DNA from: the human T2T-CHM13v2.0 reference genome, Homo sapiens
Reading direction: 5' to 3' (one strand)
DNA: 64,000 nt
Assembly (NCBI RefSeq): GCF_009914755.1
Contig: NC_060938.1
This document shows positions 21,020-42,032 of the stretch, piece after piece. The stretch's first letter is position 1; the number at the start of each line of letters is the position of its first letter. The notes under the pieces are model-generated. The model saw only the letters and a program-made list of their open reading frames with translations. It was not told the origin of the DNA and ran no database searches. A program made the position numbers and the translations under genes.

Positions 21020-21560
21020 TAGCTGGGACTACAGGTTTACACCACGACACCTGGCTAATTTTTTAATTTTTTTTACTGAAGATTAGGTCTCAATAAATCG
21101 CCCAGGCTGGTCTTGAACTCCTGAGCTCAAGCGATCCTCTCGCCTCAGCCTCCCAAAGTGCTGGGATTACTGGCGTGAGCAGCTGCGCCCAGCTGTATTT
21201 AGCATTTTATACCTTGTTTGAGGCCTTCCGTACTTGGAGGTTATAATACTATCTCCCTGTACTTTTTTTCTTTCATTTTGGACCTCAGTCGAGTTAATCT
21301 GCTCCTCAGCTCCTCAGCTCACATTCCTCATGGTCAGCATTGGTCTGTGTGAGACATATCTTTGTCTGTTTATTCCCTTTTATCCCATTTCCCATTCCCA
21401 TCCCCCCAATACACCATACACAACACAGTAATGCATTTGATAGGTTTTATAGCATTTGCATGTTTCCTTATAAAATATGTGGCCGGGCGCGGTGGCTCTC
21501 GGGCCAGGCACGGTGGCCGTTGTAATCCCAGCACTTTGGGAGGTAAAGGAGGCCAGATCA

Positions 21561-22007
<447 letters not shown>

Positions 22008-22411
22008 TCAGCACTGTTTTACAGCCCTTCCACATAGCCATGGTACCCTCAGTTTCTTGATTCTAACTGCTACCCTCATCCCTTCCCCCAGCATCGAGCC
22101 CCTGGAGCTTTCAACTCCCCTTACCACAAACAACCCTGTAATGAACAACCTCATATATGGTCCTTTGTGAGAATTTCTGAGGACTATTTTCCCAGGATTG
22201 CTTACATTTTCTTCTAATACTCCTGCAGTTTGTTTTTTCTTCTATTCATATGCCTGCCCACGTTTGGTTTATCTGAGCACATCTAGCTTATGCAATGATT
22301 TTGACTCTATTCTTTTTTTTTTTCCCTCTTTCTCTAGTCACACCTGCTGGAACAGGATCTATTAGTTCTTGAAATTTTCCATTGGCAAAATCACTCCTAA
22401 TTTCCACTTAG

Positions 22412-22672
<261 letters not shown>

Positions 22673-22827
22673 TGAACTCCTGGACTCAAGTGATCCATCC
22701 GCCTTGGCCTCACAAAGTGCTGGGATTACAGGCGTGAGCCCCCACATCAAGACTACATTCTATTTAAGTTAGTTTTTGTTTCAGTTTTTGGAATCTCAGC
22801 TTCAGATTTGTGTTAGTAATAAAACAA

Positions 22828-23290
22828 CTTAGGTTTGGTGCCTCCTAAAGCAGACCCTGAGACAAGAACTTGGGTGACAATAGTTTACTTGGGAAGATAT
22901 CCAAGGAAGACGGGGAGGGAGAGAGGAGAGTGATACAGGAAGGACGGAAAGCCAATGAAAGATACATTACTGAGCTGGGTTGTCACTGTGGACAATTGGC
23001 TCAATCTCCCTGCACACTTTTGAAGAACCATATAGAAACCACCCAAAATTGTCCTGCTGAAGTGTGAGAGGTTGGGACATTTATCCAGCAACCTTCATCT
23101 TCCATTGGCACTCTCCCACTCCCCTACTACCCAGCTCCCGCCCCTTTCTTCTGTGGCTGTATCTGCAAGTTGGACTGAGCAAGCTTCCAAGCTGAGGAGA
23201 AAATTCTGAAGCAGAAAAGCTGAGAGACTCCACTGGTGCTTGAGACGTGAAGCCATCAGCATGCATAGGAGCTGTTAGCCACAGCTGCAT
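22828..23290 (-). mobile_element. LTR33-like ERVL LTR
   Basis: AAGCAGACCCTGAGACAAGAACTTGGGTGACAATAGTTTACTTGGGAAG is the reverse complement of the LTR33 3' end. Confidence 0.65.
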
Positions 23291-23744
23291 CACAAGCCAC
23301 AGGCCTCAGTTCCAGTTGATCTACAGCAATCCTGTGGGCATGCACACCTTTGCTGTTGTCTGACCTACTTCTTGCCCTGCACCTTCCTATTCATGTATTG
23401 ACTACACCTGACCTCTCTATCCTGACACAGTGAGACCCACTCAAACCGCTTCTTGGGCCTGATCTAGGTGAGCAGCCCCTCTGCCTCTCTGGCCCAGCCT
23501 CTCCACTTACCCGCTCTGGCAGGCCTTCAGCAGCCTGCCCTTGGAAATTTTGCACTTTTCCTTTTGCCAGTAGATATGTGGCTCTCATTTCTTTCCTTCT
23601 TTTCCTCTTCTCTCCCATTTACACTTTGATCTTGTCAGACTCTCCAATGGCATTATCAAGCCCTACTCAGATCATTGGCTTACCCTGACACAGAGAAAGT
23701 GCCCACACTCAGCATCAAATAACACAAATAAGAAGGATGCCCAA

Positions 23745-23960
23745 TACTATTTGAGCACTTACTAAACGGAAAGCGCTGTGTGAAATGTGATTCAGTCATT
23801 ATTTTATTTTCACAACAGCCTGATGAGGTCAGTACTCTCATTATGTCGATTTCTCAGAAGAGGAACTGCGGCTGGGAGAACGTGACTCATCTAGCTGATG
23901 GAGCTGAGGTTCAAGTGCAGGTATCTGGCCTTGAGGACTTACTTTTGACCACTCTATCAC
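23745..23960 (-). mobile_element. MIR fragment
   Basis: TATTTGAGCACTTACT, TTTCACAACAGCCTGATGAGGT and CAGAAGAGGAACTG. Confidence 0.65.
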
Positions 23961-24061
23961 CAGTTAGCTTAGCCATTAACTACCAACTGATCCTCGGAGA
24001 CAGGACCTCATTTCTTCTCCTTCTTCTTTTTTTTTTTTTTTTTTTTTGAGACGAAGTTTAG

Positions 24062-24193
<132 letters not shown>

Positions 24194-24512
24194 TAATTTT
24201 GTATATTTAGTAGAGATGGGGTATCACCATGTTGGTCAGGCTGGTCTCGAACTCCTGACCTCAGATGATATACCCACCTCAGCCTCCCAAAGTGCTGGGA
24301 TTACAGGCATGAGCCACTGTGCCCAGCGGGACTTCGTTTCTTGTATGTGGGTTTTGACCTTTCAAGTAGAGTATAGCACCTTGGCTGGTTTGTTGTTGTT
24401 GTCTATATGGATTTTTTCTTTTTCATTTTCTTGGTTCATGGTATTACAACCATGTGATGCTTTTTTTAGGGCTAACTTAATGGATTTCTCTCCACCAATC
24501 TCTTGATACTAA

Positions 24513-24819
<307 letters not shown>

Positions 24820-25004
24820 ATGATACTAAAATTCTACAATTAGAAATTAATTCCTTTGTCCCCACCTCACAGTTATATGGGAGAGACTACATATTAATCC
24901 TTCTCAGCCATTTATACCTTAACATGAGTGAACTTCTAATCCTTTCCTGAGAGGTGGTTTTGGAAGAGGAGACAGGGGAAAAGCGTGAATGCACTAAGCC
25001 CTGA

Positions 25005-25870
<866 letters not shown>

Positions 25871-28406
25871 TACTATTTATTTTATTTTATTTTATTTTAT
25901 TTTTGAGACAGAGTCTTGCTCTGTTACCCAGGCTTGCGTGCAATGGCACAATCACAAGTCATTGTAGCCTCAACCTTCTGGGCTCAAGTGATCCTCTCAC
26001 CTTAGCCCCCCAAGTAGCTAGGACTATAGGCACGTGCCACCATGCCCAGCTAATTTTAAAATTTTTCATAGAGACGGGACATCACTTTGTTGCCCAGTCT
26101 TGAACTTCTGGGCTCAAGCAGTCCTCTGGCCTCAGCTTCCCATTGTGCTGGGATTACAGGTATAAGCCACCATGTTTGGCCATTATTATTTCTTGACTTG
26201 AGTGTTGGTTACACAGGGGGCTGCTTTGTAATTATTTTTTAAACTGTCCAAAGATATTCTATTCGTTTTTCTTTTTTCTCTTTTTTTTTGAGACAGAGTC
26301 TCGCTCTGTCACCCAGGCTTGAGTGCAGTAGCTCCATCTCAGCTCACGCAACCTCTGTCTCCAGGGTTCAAGCAATTCTCCTGCCTCAGCCTCCCGAGTA
26401 GCTGGGACTACAGGTGTGCACCACCATGCCTGGCTAACTTTTTTGTATTTTTAGTAGAGACAGGGTTTCACCATGTTGGCCAGGCTGGTCTCAAACTCCT
26501 GACCTCAGGTGATCCACCCAGCTAGGCCTCCCAAAGTGCTCAAAGTTTTCTATGCATTTTTCTATATGTATTTTTCTATATGTATGTTGTATTTTACTAT
26601 TTTGAAAAGCAAAAATAAAGGAAGAAAGAAGAGGAGGGAAGGCAAAAGGTAAAAAGAAAGAAAGTAAGGAAGAAAAGGGAGAAAGAAGGAGGGAGAGAAG
26701 AAAGGAAGGAAGGAAAGGAATGCCAGCTCCTCAATCCAGACCTCATTTGTTTGTATAGCTAATCCAGATAAGGTTCTGGGAGACCTGGAAGAGAAGTGGT
26801 CAGGTTTTTGGGACAAATGGCACATAGCATCTGTGAATAATCAACTGTGCTAGATACTGCCAAATAGTTTTCCAAGTGACTGAATCCAATGTATTCCCTC
26901 CCCAGCCATGTATGAGTTCCCATTGTTACACATCCTCTTCATCATTTGATATCATCAGGCATAAAGACATCTTATTGTTGTTTTAAGTTGCATTTTCCTG
27001 CTAATTAATGAAGTTGAGCGTCTTTTAAATATATTTTTCCTCTTTTGTGAAGTGTCTATTTTTTTCTAGTGGGTTGCTTTTTTTTTTTCATATTGATTCA
27101 TTGGAGTATGCATTTTGGATATTAGGGCTTTGCTGGTTGAAAGTGTCTTTTTGATGGCTTGTTGCCTGTGTTTTTATAAGTAGGAGGGGTGGAGGCAGCA
27201 GGGGCCCACCACCTCTGAATTCCTTTGCCCACTGTTTGGGTGCCTCGGGGAATTTGCTCAGCCTTCATGGGCAGCGGTTGCCCTTTCTGACGCAACTAGG
27301 AATTCCTGGCACCACGACCAGGGGCCCTGCTCTCCCCTCAAGAGGCAAGCTGCCCAGGAAGCCAGGGAGGCCCCTGTGAGAATGACAGTGTGTGTGCTGT
27401 GCACACAGAGCCTGTTTTGTGTTTTCTTCCCCTCTACTCTCTTCCATTAGCAAAGAAAATGGAGTTTGGGCGCTGTGTCAACCACGTAAACTTTTACTTA
27501 TACATCAGTGCAGAAAAGAACAAAATAGGAAAGGACTGCATGGTCGGCCAATTTCTGAAGCCCTTTTTACTAGCCTGGATTTTAAGTCTAGAACACAATA
27601 GTAGAGGCTACCTAAGAACATTAAGGCAGCTGTGCCAGGGCAGAGAGAGGAGTTCCCATCTTGCCAGGGGCAGTCACATCACCTGCATCAGCATGTGAAG
27701 CAAACATAAAGAATGTCACTAATGGGCTTGGAGGTCATTAGCAACCCTGCCTAAAATACCTATCTGAATAAGGGACTGGCTCCCAGCAGGAAGTGAGGGG
27801 TAACTGAGTTGTTTCTAATAGTCCGTTCCTATTATCCTATGCTAATTCTCCCTGAGAGGAGGCTTGGCTGGTAAGGAGGGAGTGGTGGATCCTGAATTTA
27901 TGATCATTTAAACAATTAATTTTTGCATATGACAGGGACAATAATTTTTGAGGTATAATTAGTCAGTTTCTCCCTGTTCCCTCCCAATCCCATTCTTTCC
28001 CCAACCCCAACCTCTTGAGGAAACTCTTGGTTTGTGAGTCATTGAGACTCCAACATTTGTGGACCAGTGCCGACTTGGGGTTGGGACTTGGGGGCACGCA
28101 CCCACAGGGGCGCTGGAGCCTTTGGGGAACTGAAGAAAGATTTAAACAATTTCCTTAAGGGTGGAATTTTGAAGCTAGAGAACTTGCTGTTGGTTCAGTA
28201 AGGTAGCTCCTTCCTCAATTTCGTCAATCAACCTTCTGAAAGAGATTTATTTTTATTTTATTTGAGACAGGGTCTCGCTCTGTTACCCAGGCTGAAGTGC
28301 AGTGGTGCCATCAAGGCTCACTGCAGCCTCAACCTCCTGGGCTCAAGTGATTCTTCCGCCTCCAAGTAGCTGAGACAACAGGCACATGCCATCACACCTG
28401 GCTAAT

Positions 28407-28722
28407 TTATATATATATATAGTTATATATATAGTTATATATATATAGTTATATATATAGTTATATATATATAGTTATATATATAGTTATATATATATAG
28501 TTATATATATAGTTATATATATATAGTTATATATATAGTTATATATATAGTTATATATATAGTTATATATATATAGTTATATATATAGTTATATATATAG
28601 TTATATATATAGTTATATATATATAGTTATATATATAGTTATATATATAGTTATATATATAGTTATATATATATAAATATATGGTTATATATATAAATAT
28701 ATAAATGGATGGTTATATATAT
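28407..28722. repeat. AT-rich minisatellite, 12/14-bp units GTTATATATATA(TA), in the central linker of an AluJ
   Basis: About 20 tandem units between the two arms of a minus-strand Alu (~28262-28868). Confidence 0.95.
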
Positions 28723-29205
28723 ACGGTTTTTTTTGCTTGTTTGTTTTTGGTAGAGACAGGGTTTCGCCATGTTGCCCAGGCTGGTCTTGAACTCCTGGGC
28801 TCAACAGATCTGCCTGCCTCGGCCTCCCAAAGTGCTGGGATTACAGAGGGAGCCACCACGCCCAGCCTGAGAGAGATTTAGTACAGGCTTTGTTACTTTC
28901 AAAGTTGTTTGGAGTCAAATTGGCTTTTCTTTTGACCAAGATGCAGCACTGATGTAGGCCTTGGGAAGGAGATGGGGGCTCAGATGTATTAGGGTGACAC
29001 TGGTGTGCTTCTCTTTATCTGCTCAGCATCATCTTAAACACAAACAACACTTATTCATCTGGTATAGCTGAACAGGATGTAAAGTTATTGAAAACCTGGG
29101 ACCCTTGGGACCACCCCTGAGCTTCCCCACAGGCACAGCCAGAGGCCTGCTCCAACTCTAAGACCGGTGACTGCTTGGGTGTGAGTATCTCCTTGTTATA
29201 CGTGA

Positions 29206-29504
<299 letters not shown>

Positions 29505-29879
29505 TGAGCTACCACACCCAGCTGGGCAGATCTTTAAATTTAACTTTATCCAGCCAGGTGCGGTGGCTCACACCTGTAATCCCAGCACTTTGGGAGGCCC
29601 AGGCGGGTGGATCAGTCACCTGAGGTCAGGGGTTTAAGACCAGCCTGGCCAACATGGCAAAAGCCCGTCTCCACTAAAAATACAAAAATTAGCTAGGCGT
29701 GGTGATGGGCACCTGTAATCCCAGGAGGCGGAGGTTGCAGTGAGCCGAGATCACGCCACTGTACTCCAGCCTGGGTGACATCACTGACATTCCAGCCCCT
29801 GTCTCAAAAAATAAAATAAAATATAAATAAATAAATTTAACTTAATCAAGTTCAGTCCATTGTTCCATTTTATGAGATC

Positions 29880-30364
<485 letters not shown>

Positions 30365-30821
30365 TTATGGCCACTGCTTCACTTCTGCTGTCCAAATTGC
30401 ATGGAATCTTTCACTTGTAGCCAAGCCTAACTCATACACTATGTGGGAGGGAATTCTGGGAAATGTAGTTCCAGTTGAGCTATATCTACATAACTTCACT
30501 GATGAATGCACAGAGAAAACCAGTCTCAGTACCCAGGGCCAGACCTGCAGAACGGGTATTTTGTTTTCCATATCAATTGAGTTTCTGCCTCTGTGCCCCA
30601 GTCGCACAGGCAGGCAAATATTTAACTTTGGTCATTCCTGATGTTTGGCACTTTGCAATCAGGCAAAGATTCCACAATCTTACCCAATTCCAAGTTGGAT
30701 GTGGCCTTCTGACACTGAGTCCTGCCTGGCTGTTGAAGATCCCTGCAGAGACATTGTCCCTTTCCCAGTAGCCCCTTCAGATCTGCTGACACCTTCGTTT
30801 CTACGCCCACTTGGGACATGA

Positions 30822-31115
<294 letters not shown>

Positions 31116-31296
31116 TGATCCATCCTCCTTGGCCTCCCAAATATTGGGACTATGGGCGTGAGCTACAGCACCTGACCCCCTTCAATTTTCTTAAAGACAC
31201 TTCTGTAAAACTCTTGAAACTTTTCCTTCTCTTCTCTTTGCATTTCTATCGCAAACCTCCTACATTCTCCTAAGGACCTGGTAAAATAGAACAGAA

Positions 31297-31396
31297 AAGA
31301 TTATCTCCCTTTTCTTGTTAATCCATCTTTTGTTATAGGGGGGTCAGCCATGAACCTAGCAATGAGTGAGGAAAGATGTTATCTTTCTCCCCTACA
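31297..31396 (+). mobile_element. MER39/MER34-like ERV1 LTR 3' fragment
   Basis: CTTTTGTTATAGGGGGGTCAGCCATGAACCTAGCAATGAGTGAGGAAAG...CTCCCCTACA. Confidence 0.6.
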
Positions 31397-31447
31397 GAAG
31401 CATAAATGAAAAAGACAATTTTTTTTTTTTAAAGATAAGTTCAATCG

Positions 31448-31830
<383 letters not shown>

Positions 31831-31994
31831 TTACGGAAAGTCTTGTCAGACCTCTGGGTCTAAACAAGCTGCAGAATTAAAGGTAGCCCAGGGAGGCTGA
31901 CTTTAATAAAGTCAATCCAGGAAGAAAAAGCAGCAGGCTTTCAGGTGTTCCAATGATGCAACATGCCTTGAGCTGGATTTTGTGCTGTTCTTTA

Positions 31995-32255
<261 letters not shown>

Positions 32256-32294
32256 TTAGCCAGGCATCGCGATGGGCACCTGTAATCCCAGCTA

Positions 32295-32477
<183 letters not shown>

Positions 32478-33068
32478 AACATAGCCATGTTGGTTGACTA
32501 CATGATCAGTAGAAACCCACTGTCCCCTAAAGAGCTACTTAACAAGAGTTTCTTCTTGCTGAGCCTTAAAGTATAAAACTCTTTAATAATTTACTCACAG
32601 CAATGTAACTTCAGACACAAAACACATCTTTATTCATGTGTTCATTACCCACTTTGGTGATGCACCTGTCATTTAGCTGTTTCTCAAGATGATGTTCAGC
32701 AGTTGGATGCTTATTAGTCCTTTTTCCACTAGTTCCTGAAAATAGTGGCTTAATTGAACGTTCTCCCTGCAAGTAGTTTCCTACTATTGTCAAGGATTTG
32801 GTTGCGCATTGTGTTTTAGACTAGTTGCACTTGACACCCCTTTCAGTTCATTTTCATTTCTGATTTTGTTATGCACAGCCCTCTCCTACCCCGATCAAGG
32901 TACATCTTCCGCCTCCCACACAACCCAACACATCTACTCAGTAGCACTGTGCTATCTGTCAGAGGATATTATTGTAATACCAGCCTAATGGATTTTGTGT
33001 TCAGGTTGGTGAAATGATGAAATCAACTGAAAGAGGTATGTTCACAGCAATGTTTATTAAGGAGATCA

Positions 33069-33245
<177 letters not shown>

Positions 33246-33261
33246 TCATGATAAACACTGA

Positions 33262-33525
<264 letters not shown>

Positions 33526-33556
33526 TGAAACTACAGGCACATATCACCAGCTAACC

Positions 33557-34240
<684 letters not shown>

Positions 34241-35626
34241 CTGGCTAACCTTTTTAAAAAAATTTTTGTTGGCCGGGCATGATGGCTCACGCCTGTAATC
34301 CCAGCACTTTGGGAGGCCGAGGTGGGCGGATCACCTGAGGTCAGGAGTTCAAGATGAGCCTGGCCAACATGGCAAAACCCCATCTCTACTAAAAATATAA
34401 AAATTAGCCGGGCGTGGTGGCGGGTGCTTGCAATCCCAGCTACTCAGGAGGCTGAGGCAGGGAGAATTGCTTGAACCCGGGAGGTGGAGGTTGCAGTGAG
34501 CCGAGATTGTGCCACTGCACTCCAACCTAGGTGACAGAGCAAGACTCCGACTCAAAAAAAAAATTTTTTTTTTGTAGAGCTGAGGGCAGTGGCTCATGCC
34601 TGTAATCCAGCACCAGCACTTAGGGAGGCCAAGGCAGGAGGATCACTTGAGCCCAGGAGTTCAAGACCAGCCTAGGCAACATAGTGAGACCCTGTCTCAA
34701 ACAAAATTAAAAAATAGTAATAAAAATTTCTTGTAGAGACAGGGTCTCACTTTGTTGCCCAGGCTGGTCTCAAACTCCTAGGCTCAAGCAGTTCCCCTGC
34801 CTTAGCCTCCCAAAGTGTTGGGATTACAGGCATCAGCCCACACACCTGGCCCAGATTCTTTATTATACAACATTCCTTTTCTTTAGAAGGCTAAAGCACT
34901 GGACAGAGAGAGAGTTCAGGGAATGATGACAGTAACTGCTACACTGTCATTCAGTATTTCAGCATGCAGTAAAGCTTTATGATCGCTTTACTATAAAATA
35001 TGAAAATCTGAAACAGTTCTTCAAAACATTTTTATTCTTGGACATAAAAATAGTGTTTGACTCTGCTACAATATCTTGTTGTTTTATTACAGCTTAACTA
35101 TTTGCTTATATGTGCTATTCATATCTTCCCTTTGCTTTTTTCCCCATCTCCCAAAGTAGGTAAACCTATTGTTTTCACATAGAATGCATATAATTTTGGA
35201 AAACTATAATGCTCTAGTAAGTTATTCTATAAATTATTACTATAAATCACTAGTGTGAATTAGTATAAATCAAACAAGTAATAATAGTATTACTTTAAAT
35301 CACTAGTATGATTCATGGTAATTTTATTCTTTATGTTTTCACGATTTCCTTTTTCCAACAGGTACTTATGGGCAAAATAATTACCAATGAACTGACATCA
35401 GCATGCTTTCCCCTGCTGTAAAAAATCTAAATGGAAATTCTGTATGTTTTTGTTTTTGTTTTTGTTTTTGTGGGGGACAGGGCCTTGCTTTGTGACCCAG
35501 GTTGGAGTGGTACGATCATAGCTCAGCATAACTTCAACCTCCTGGGATCAAGCAATCTTCCCATCTTTGTCTCCTGAGTAGCTGGGAATACAGGGGTGTG
35601 TCACCACACTTTGCTAATATTTTTAA

Positions 35627-35837
<211 letters not shown>

Positions 35838-36381
35838 AAAGTAGTGTTTATGATCTGTATCTACATCATCATATGGATGTATACATATCAATAAAGTTAT
35901 TATTTAACAAAATGCACCCAGTCACATGTGGTAACTTCTTAGGACTGAATTCTGGCCACAGCAGGAGAGCATGGTAGCAAATATCAATGGGAGACAGAAA
36001 TTAAAGAGCTTTTGCCAAGAGTCATCACAATTGACACTGGTTGATAAGAATGCATGCTGAGGTATGGATTGGCAGCTCATCTAAACCACAAGCTCTTGCC
36101 CACTATTTCTTCAGTAGCCAACAAGAAAAAGGGAATAGCTGGGGCCAGATATCAGGAAGTGCCCCCTGGACTATAAGAAGGGAGTCTCATAGGATTGGCG
36201 GAGCAGCTAGAGGAGAAACAGCAGCTATTATATTAAAAAGAAGTGTTTGAACCTATATGATGCTAGGCCTTATCTACTCCTGGGTTCTCAAGAATTGAAC
36301 GTGGAAAAAGGAAAATGCAAACAACAGCAGTTAAGTTTGTTCCTACAGCACATGCTTTTACTCTGAAAGTCTCTCCTCTCA

Positions 36382-36603
<222 letters not shown>

Positions 36604-37136
36604 TCAGGAGGCTGAGGCAGGAGAAACACTTAAGCCCCGGCAGCAACGGTTGCAGTGAGCCAAGATTGCACCACTGCTCTCCAGCCTGGGTGACAGAGCA
36701 AGATTCCATCTCAGAAAAAAAAAAAAAAAAAAAAAAAGAATCTTGTGAAATGACAAGATCACAAGTAAGGGTGTTATTATTGCAATAATGTACACTTCAT
36801 TTTTCCACTACTGAAGGAGAAAACTCTCTGGGGAGTGAAAATCAACACTCAGTTTAACAATAGTGCTGCATATAAATTCACATCAAAATGTAAAACCAAC
36901 TTAGTTAAAAAAAATCCAGATAAAATGAAATGGGCCATGATAATGGTATAGTCTTTCAATTATGGGTCTCATGTTATAAGGATGACATATTATTTCCTAA
37001 ATGTTGATTAAGGTTCTCAATACCACTGGTGGTAAATAAAGGGGTAGCCATTTCACAGATGAGAAAATTAAGACAAGAGAGACTCTATGACTGACCCAGA
37101 GATGAATGAGAAGTCACAGAGAAGATGCAGAACTGA

Positions 37137-37535
<399 letters not shown>

Positions 37536-37849
37536 TGAAACTCCCACCTCGGCCTCCCAAAGTGCTAGGATTACAGGTGTGAGCCACTGCACCCAGCGTA
37601 TCTAATGCTTTTCAAACGGTGACCACAGAGCTTGAAAGTCTTACTGAGATAAACTCTGTCTCTACTAAAAATATAAACATTAGCTGGGCGTGGTGGCATA
37701 TGCCTGTAATCCCAGCTACTCAGGAGGCTGAGGCAGGAGAATCACTTGAGCCTAGGAGACGGAGGTTGCAGTGAGCCAAGATCACGCCACTGCACTCCAG
37801 CCTGGGTGACAGAGCGAGACTCCATCTCAAAAAAAAAAAAAAAAAAAGT

Positions 37850-39590
<1,741 letters not shown>

Positions 39591-39865
39591 AAGAATACAT
39601 CCTATGCCAGGCGCGGTGGCTCATGCATAATCCCAGCACTTTGGGAGGCCAAGGTGGGCAGGTAACTTGAGACCAGGAGTTTGAGACCAGCCTGGCCAAC
39701 ATGGCGAAACCCTGTCTCCACTAAAAATAAGAAAATTAGCCAGGCATGGTAGCATGTGCCTGTAATTCCAGCTACTTGGGAGGCCGAGGCATGAGAATAG
39801 CTTGAGTGAGCTGAGACTGTGCCACTGCACTCCAGCCTGGGCAACAGAACAAGACTGTCTCAAAA

Positions 39866-39897
<32 letters not shown>

Positions 39898-39899
39898 GC

Positions 39900-40432
39900 A
39901 AGCTTGGAAGTGGATTCTTCCCCAGCTGAGTCTTCTTATGAGACCACAGCCCAGCCCAGACTGGCAGCTTGATTACAGAGACCTTGAGCCAGAATCACCC
40001 AGCTAAACTGTGCATGGCTTCCTGATCCTTCAAAACTCTGAGATAATACAATAAAAGTTCATAGTTTTTGTTTGTTTGTTTGTTTGTTTTTTGAGATGGA
40101 GTCTAGCTCTGTCACCCAGGCTGGAGTGCAGTGGCACAATCTTGGCTCACTGCAACCTCTGACTCCTGGGTTCAAGTGATTCTCCTTCCTCAGCCTCCTG
40201 AGTAGCTGGGATTACAGGCGCCCGCCACCACACCCAGCTAATTTTTGTATTTTTAGTAGAGACGGGGTTTCACTGTGTTGGCCAGGCTGGTCTCGAACTC
40301 CTGACCTCGTGATCCACCCACTTTGGCCCCCAGAAAGTGCTGGGATTACAAGCGTGAGCCACGGAAAAGTTCATTGTTTTAAACCACTAAGTTTTGGGGG
40401 TAATTTGTTTGTAGCAATAGATAACGATACAA
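39900..40432 (+). mobile_element. MLT1 (D/E/F-type) LTR 3' part with Alu insertion
   Basis: GAGACCTTGAGCCAGAATCACCCAGCTAAAC, TGTTTTAAACCACTAAGTTTTGGGGGTAATTTGTT and GCAATAGATAACGATACA. Confidence 0.8.
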
Positions 40433-40905
40433 CAGCCAATCTTCAAAAGTTTTTCTTTCAAGGTTATTTTCACTTGGCATGCAAGAATTTCTAAACCTCT
40501 AAGAGTTTTCAAGCTCTCTTTTCTGAAATTGTACTTCAAAGGACAGATACATTAATGGGGAACAAAAACATGTTGATCACATTTATAAATATCCATACAA
40601 CTTGGTAATCATATAAATGTTCTTAATTTAACACCTTATACGGTTAGAGTCTTTGAAATGATTTTATGATACAGAAATGTCGCTCTTCATCAGTAACTGC
40701 AGGGGAGAGAAGAAATCTCATTCATCTCTTTCTGGGACTCTTTTTGTTAATTTTGAAGACTTAGCATTTTTAAGGTCAGGCTCTGGATTTCATTAGTCAG
40801 CATTATATGTAAAATGTAGGCTAGTGGAGCTAAATTTTACTGGCAGAAGTGGAGGAAGAAATATAGCCGGGTGCAGTGGCTCATGCCTGTAATCCAAACA
40901 CTTTA

Positions 40906-41151
<246 letters not shown>

Positions 41152-41329
41152 TTAAAGTAAATAAATAAATAAATAAGCTTTTATTTAATAGCAGTGAAAT
41201 AGCTTATAGCATTCAAGCCCCTAAAGAGATCAGTCATACCAATAGGAGGTACAGGGGAGAAAATTTTGCTTTGCAATTTTGAGATACATTACCCACAGTG
41301 ACTTTAACTAAAAGCAGTGGGAGAAAATT

Positions 41330-41527
41330 CAGGTCCAACAGAGGACAACTCTGACTGGCCATGTTAGTTCCAAGCTCCCCGGGGAGTTCAGCTTCTCCTG
41401 TTGCCCAGTCCTGCTTTCTTCCTCTTCCTCCGATAGGTATTGATTCAAAAGGTATTCCCTAATAGACATCCTGCATACCAAACTCCCCATCAGGGTTTGC
41501 TTTCCAGAGAACCCACCTTGTAATAGG
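41330..41527 (+). mobile_element. LTR16-like ERVL LTR 3' fragment
   Basis: GCCCAGTCCTGCTTTCTTCC and CCTAATAGACATCCTGCATACCAAACTCCCCATCAGGGTTTGCTTTCCAGAGAACCCA. Confidence 0.65.
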
Positions 41528-41610
41528 CACAAATATGACCTTTTTCTAAATGCTCAATTTTTCTGAAAAAGCATTTATTTAAGCTTGAGTTTCACAGGAT
41601 TCGGTTACAG

Positions 41611-41648
<38 letters not shown>

Positions 41649-41796
41649 AGACAGAGTCTTGCTCTGTCACCCAGGCTGGAGTATAGTGACGTGATCTGGG
41701 CTCACTGCAACCTCTGCCTCCCAGGTTCAAGCCATTCTTTTGCCTCAGCCTCCTGAGTAGCTGGGTTTATAGGCGCTCGCTACCATGCCCGGCTAA

Positions 41797-42032
<236 letters not shown>

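Noticed and set aside
28098-28116. CTCF-like CCCACAGGGGCGCTG
   Set aside because: One base short of the CCASYAGRKGGCRS core; register does not fit.
28407-28722. CRISPR-like regular array
   Set aside because: Eukaryotic tandem repeat with no unique spacers and no cas genes.
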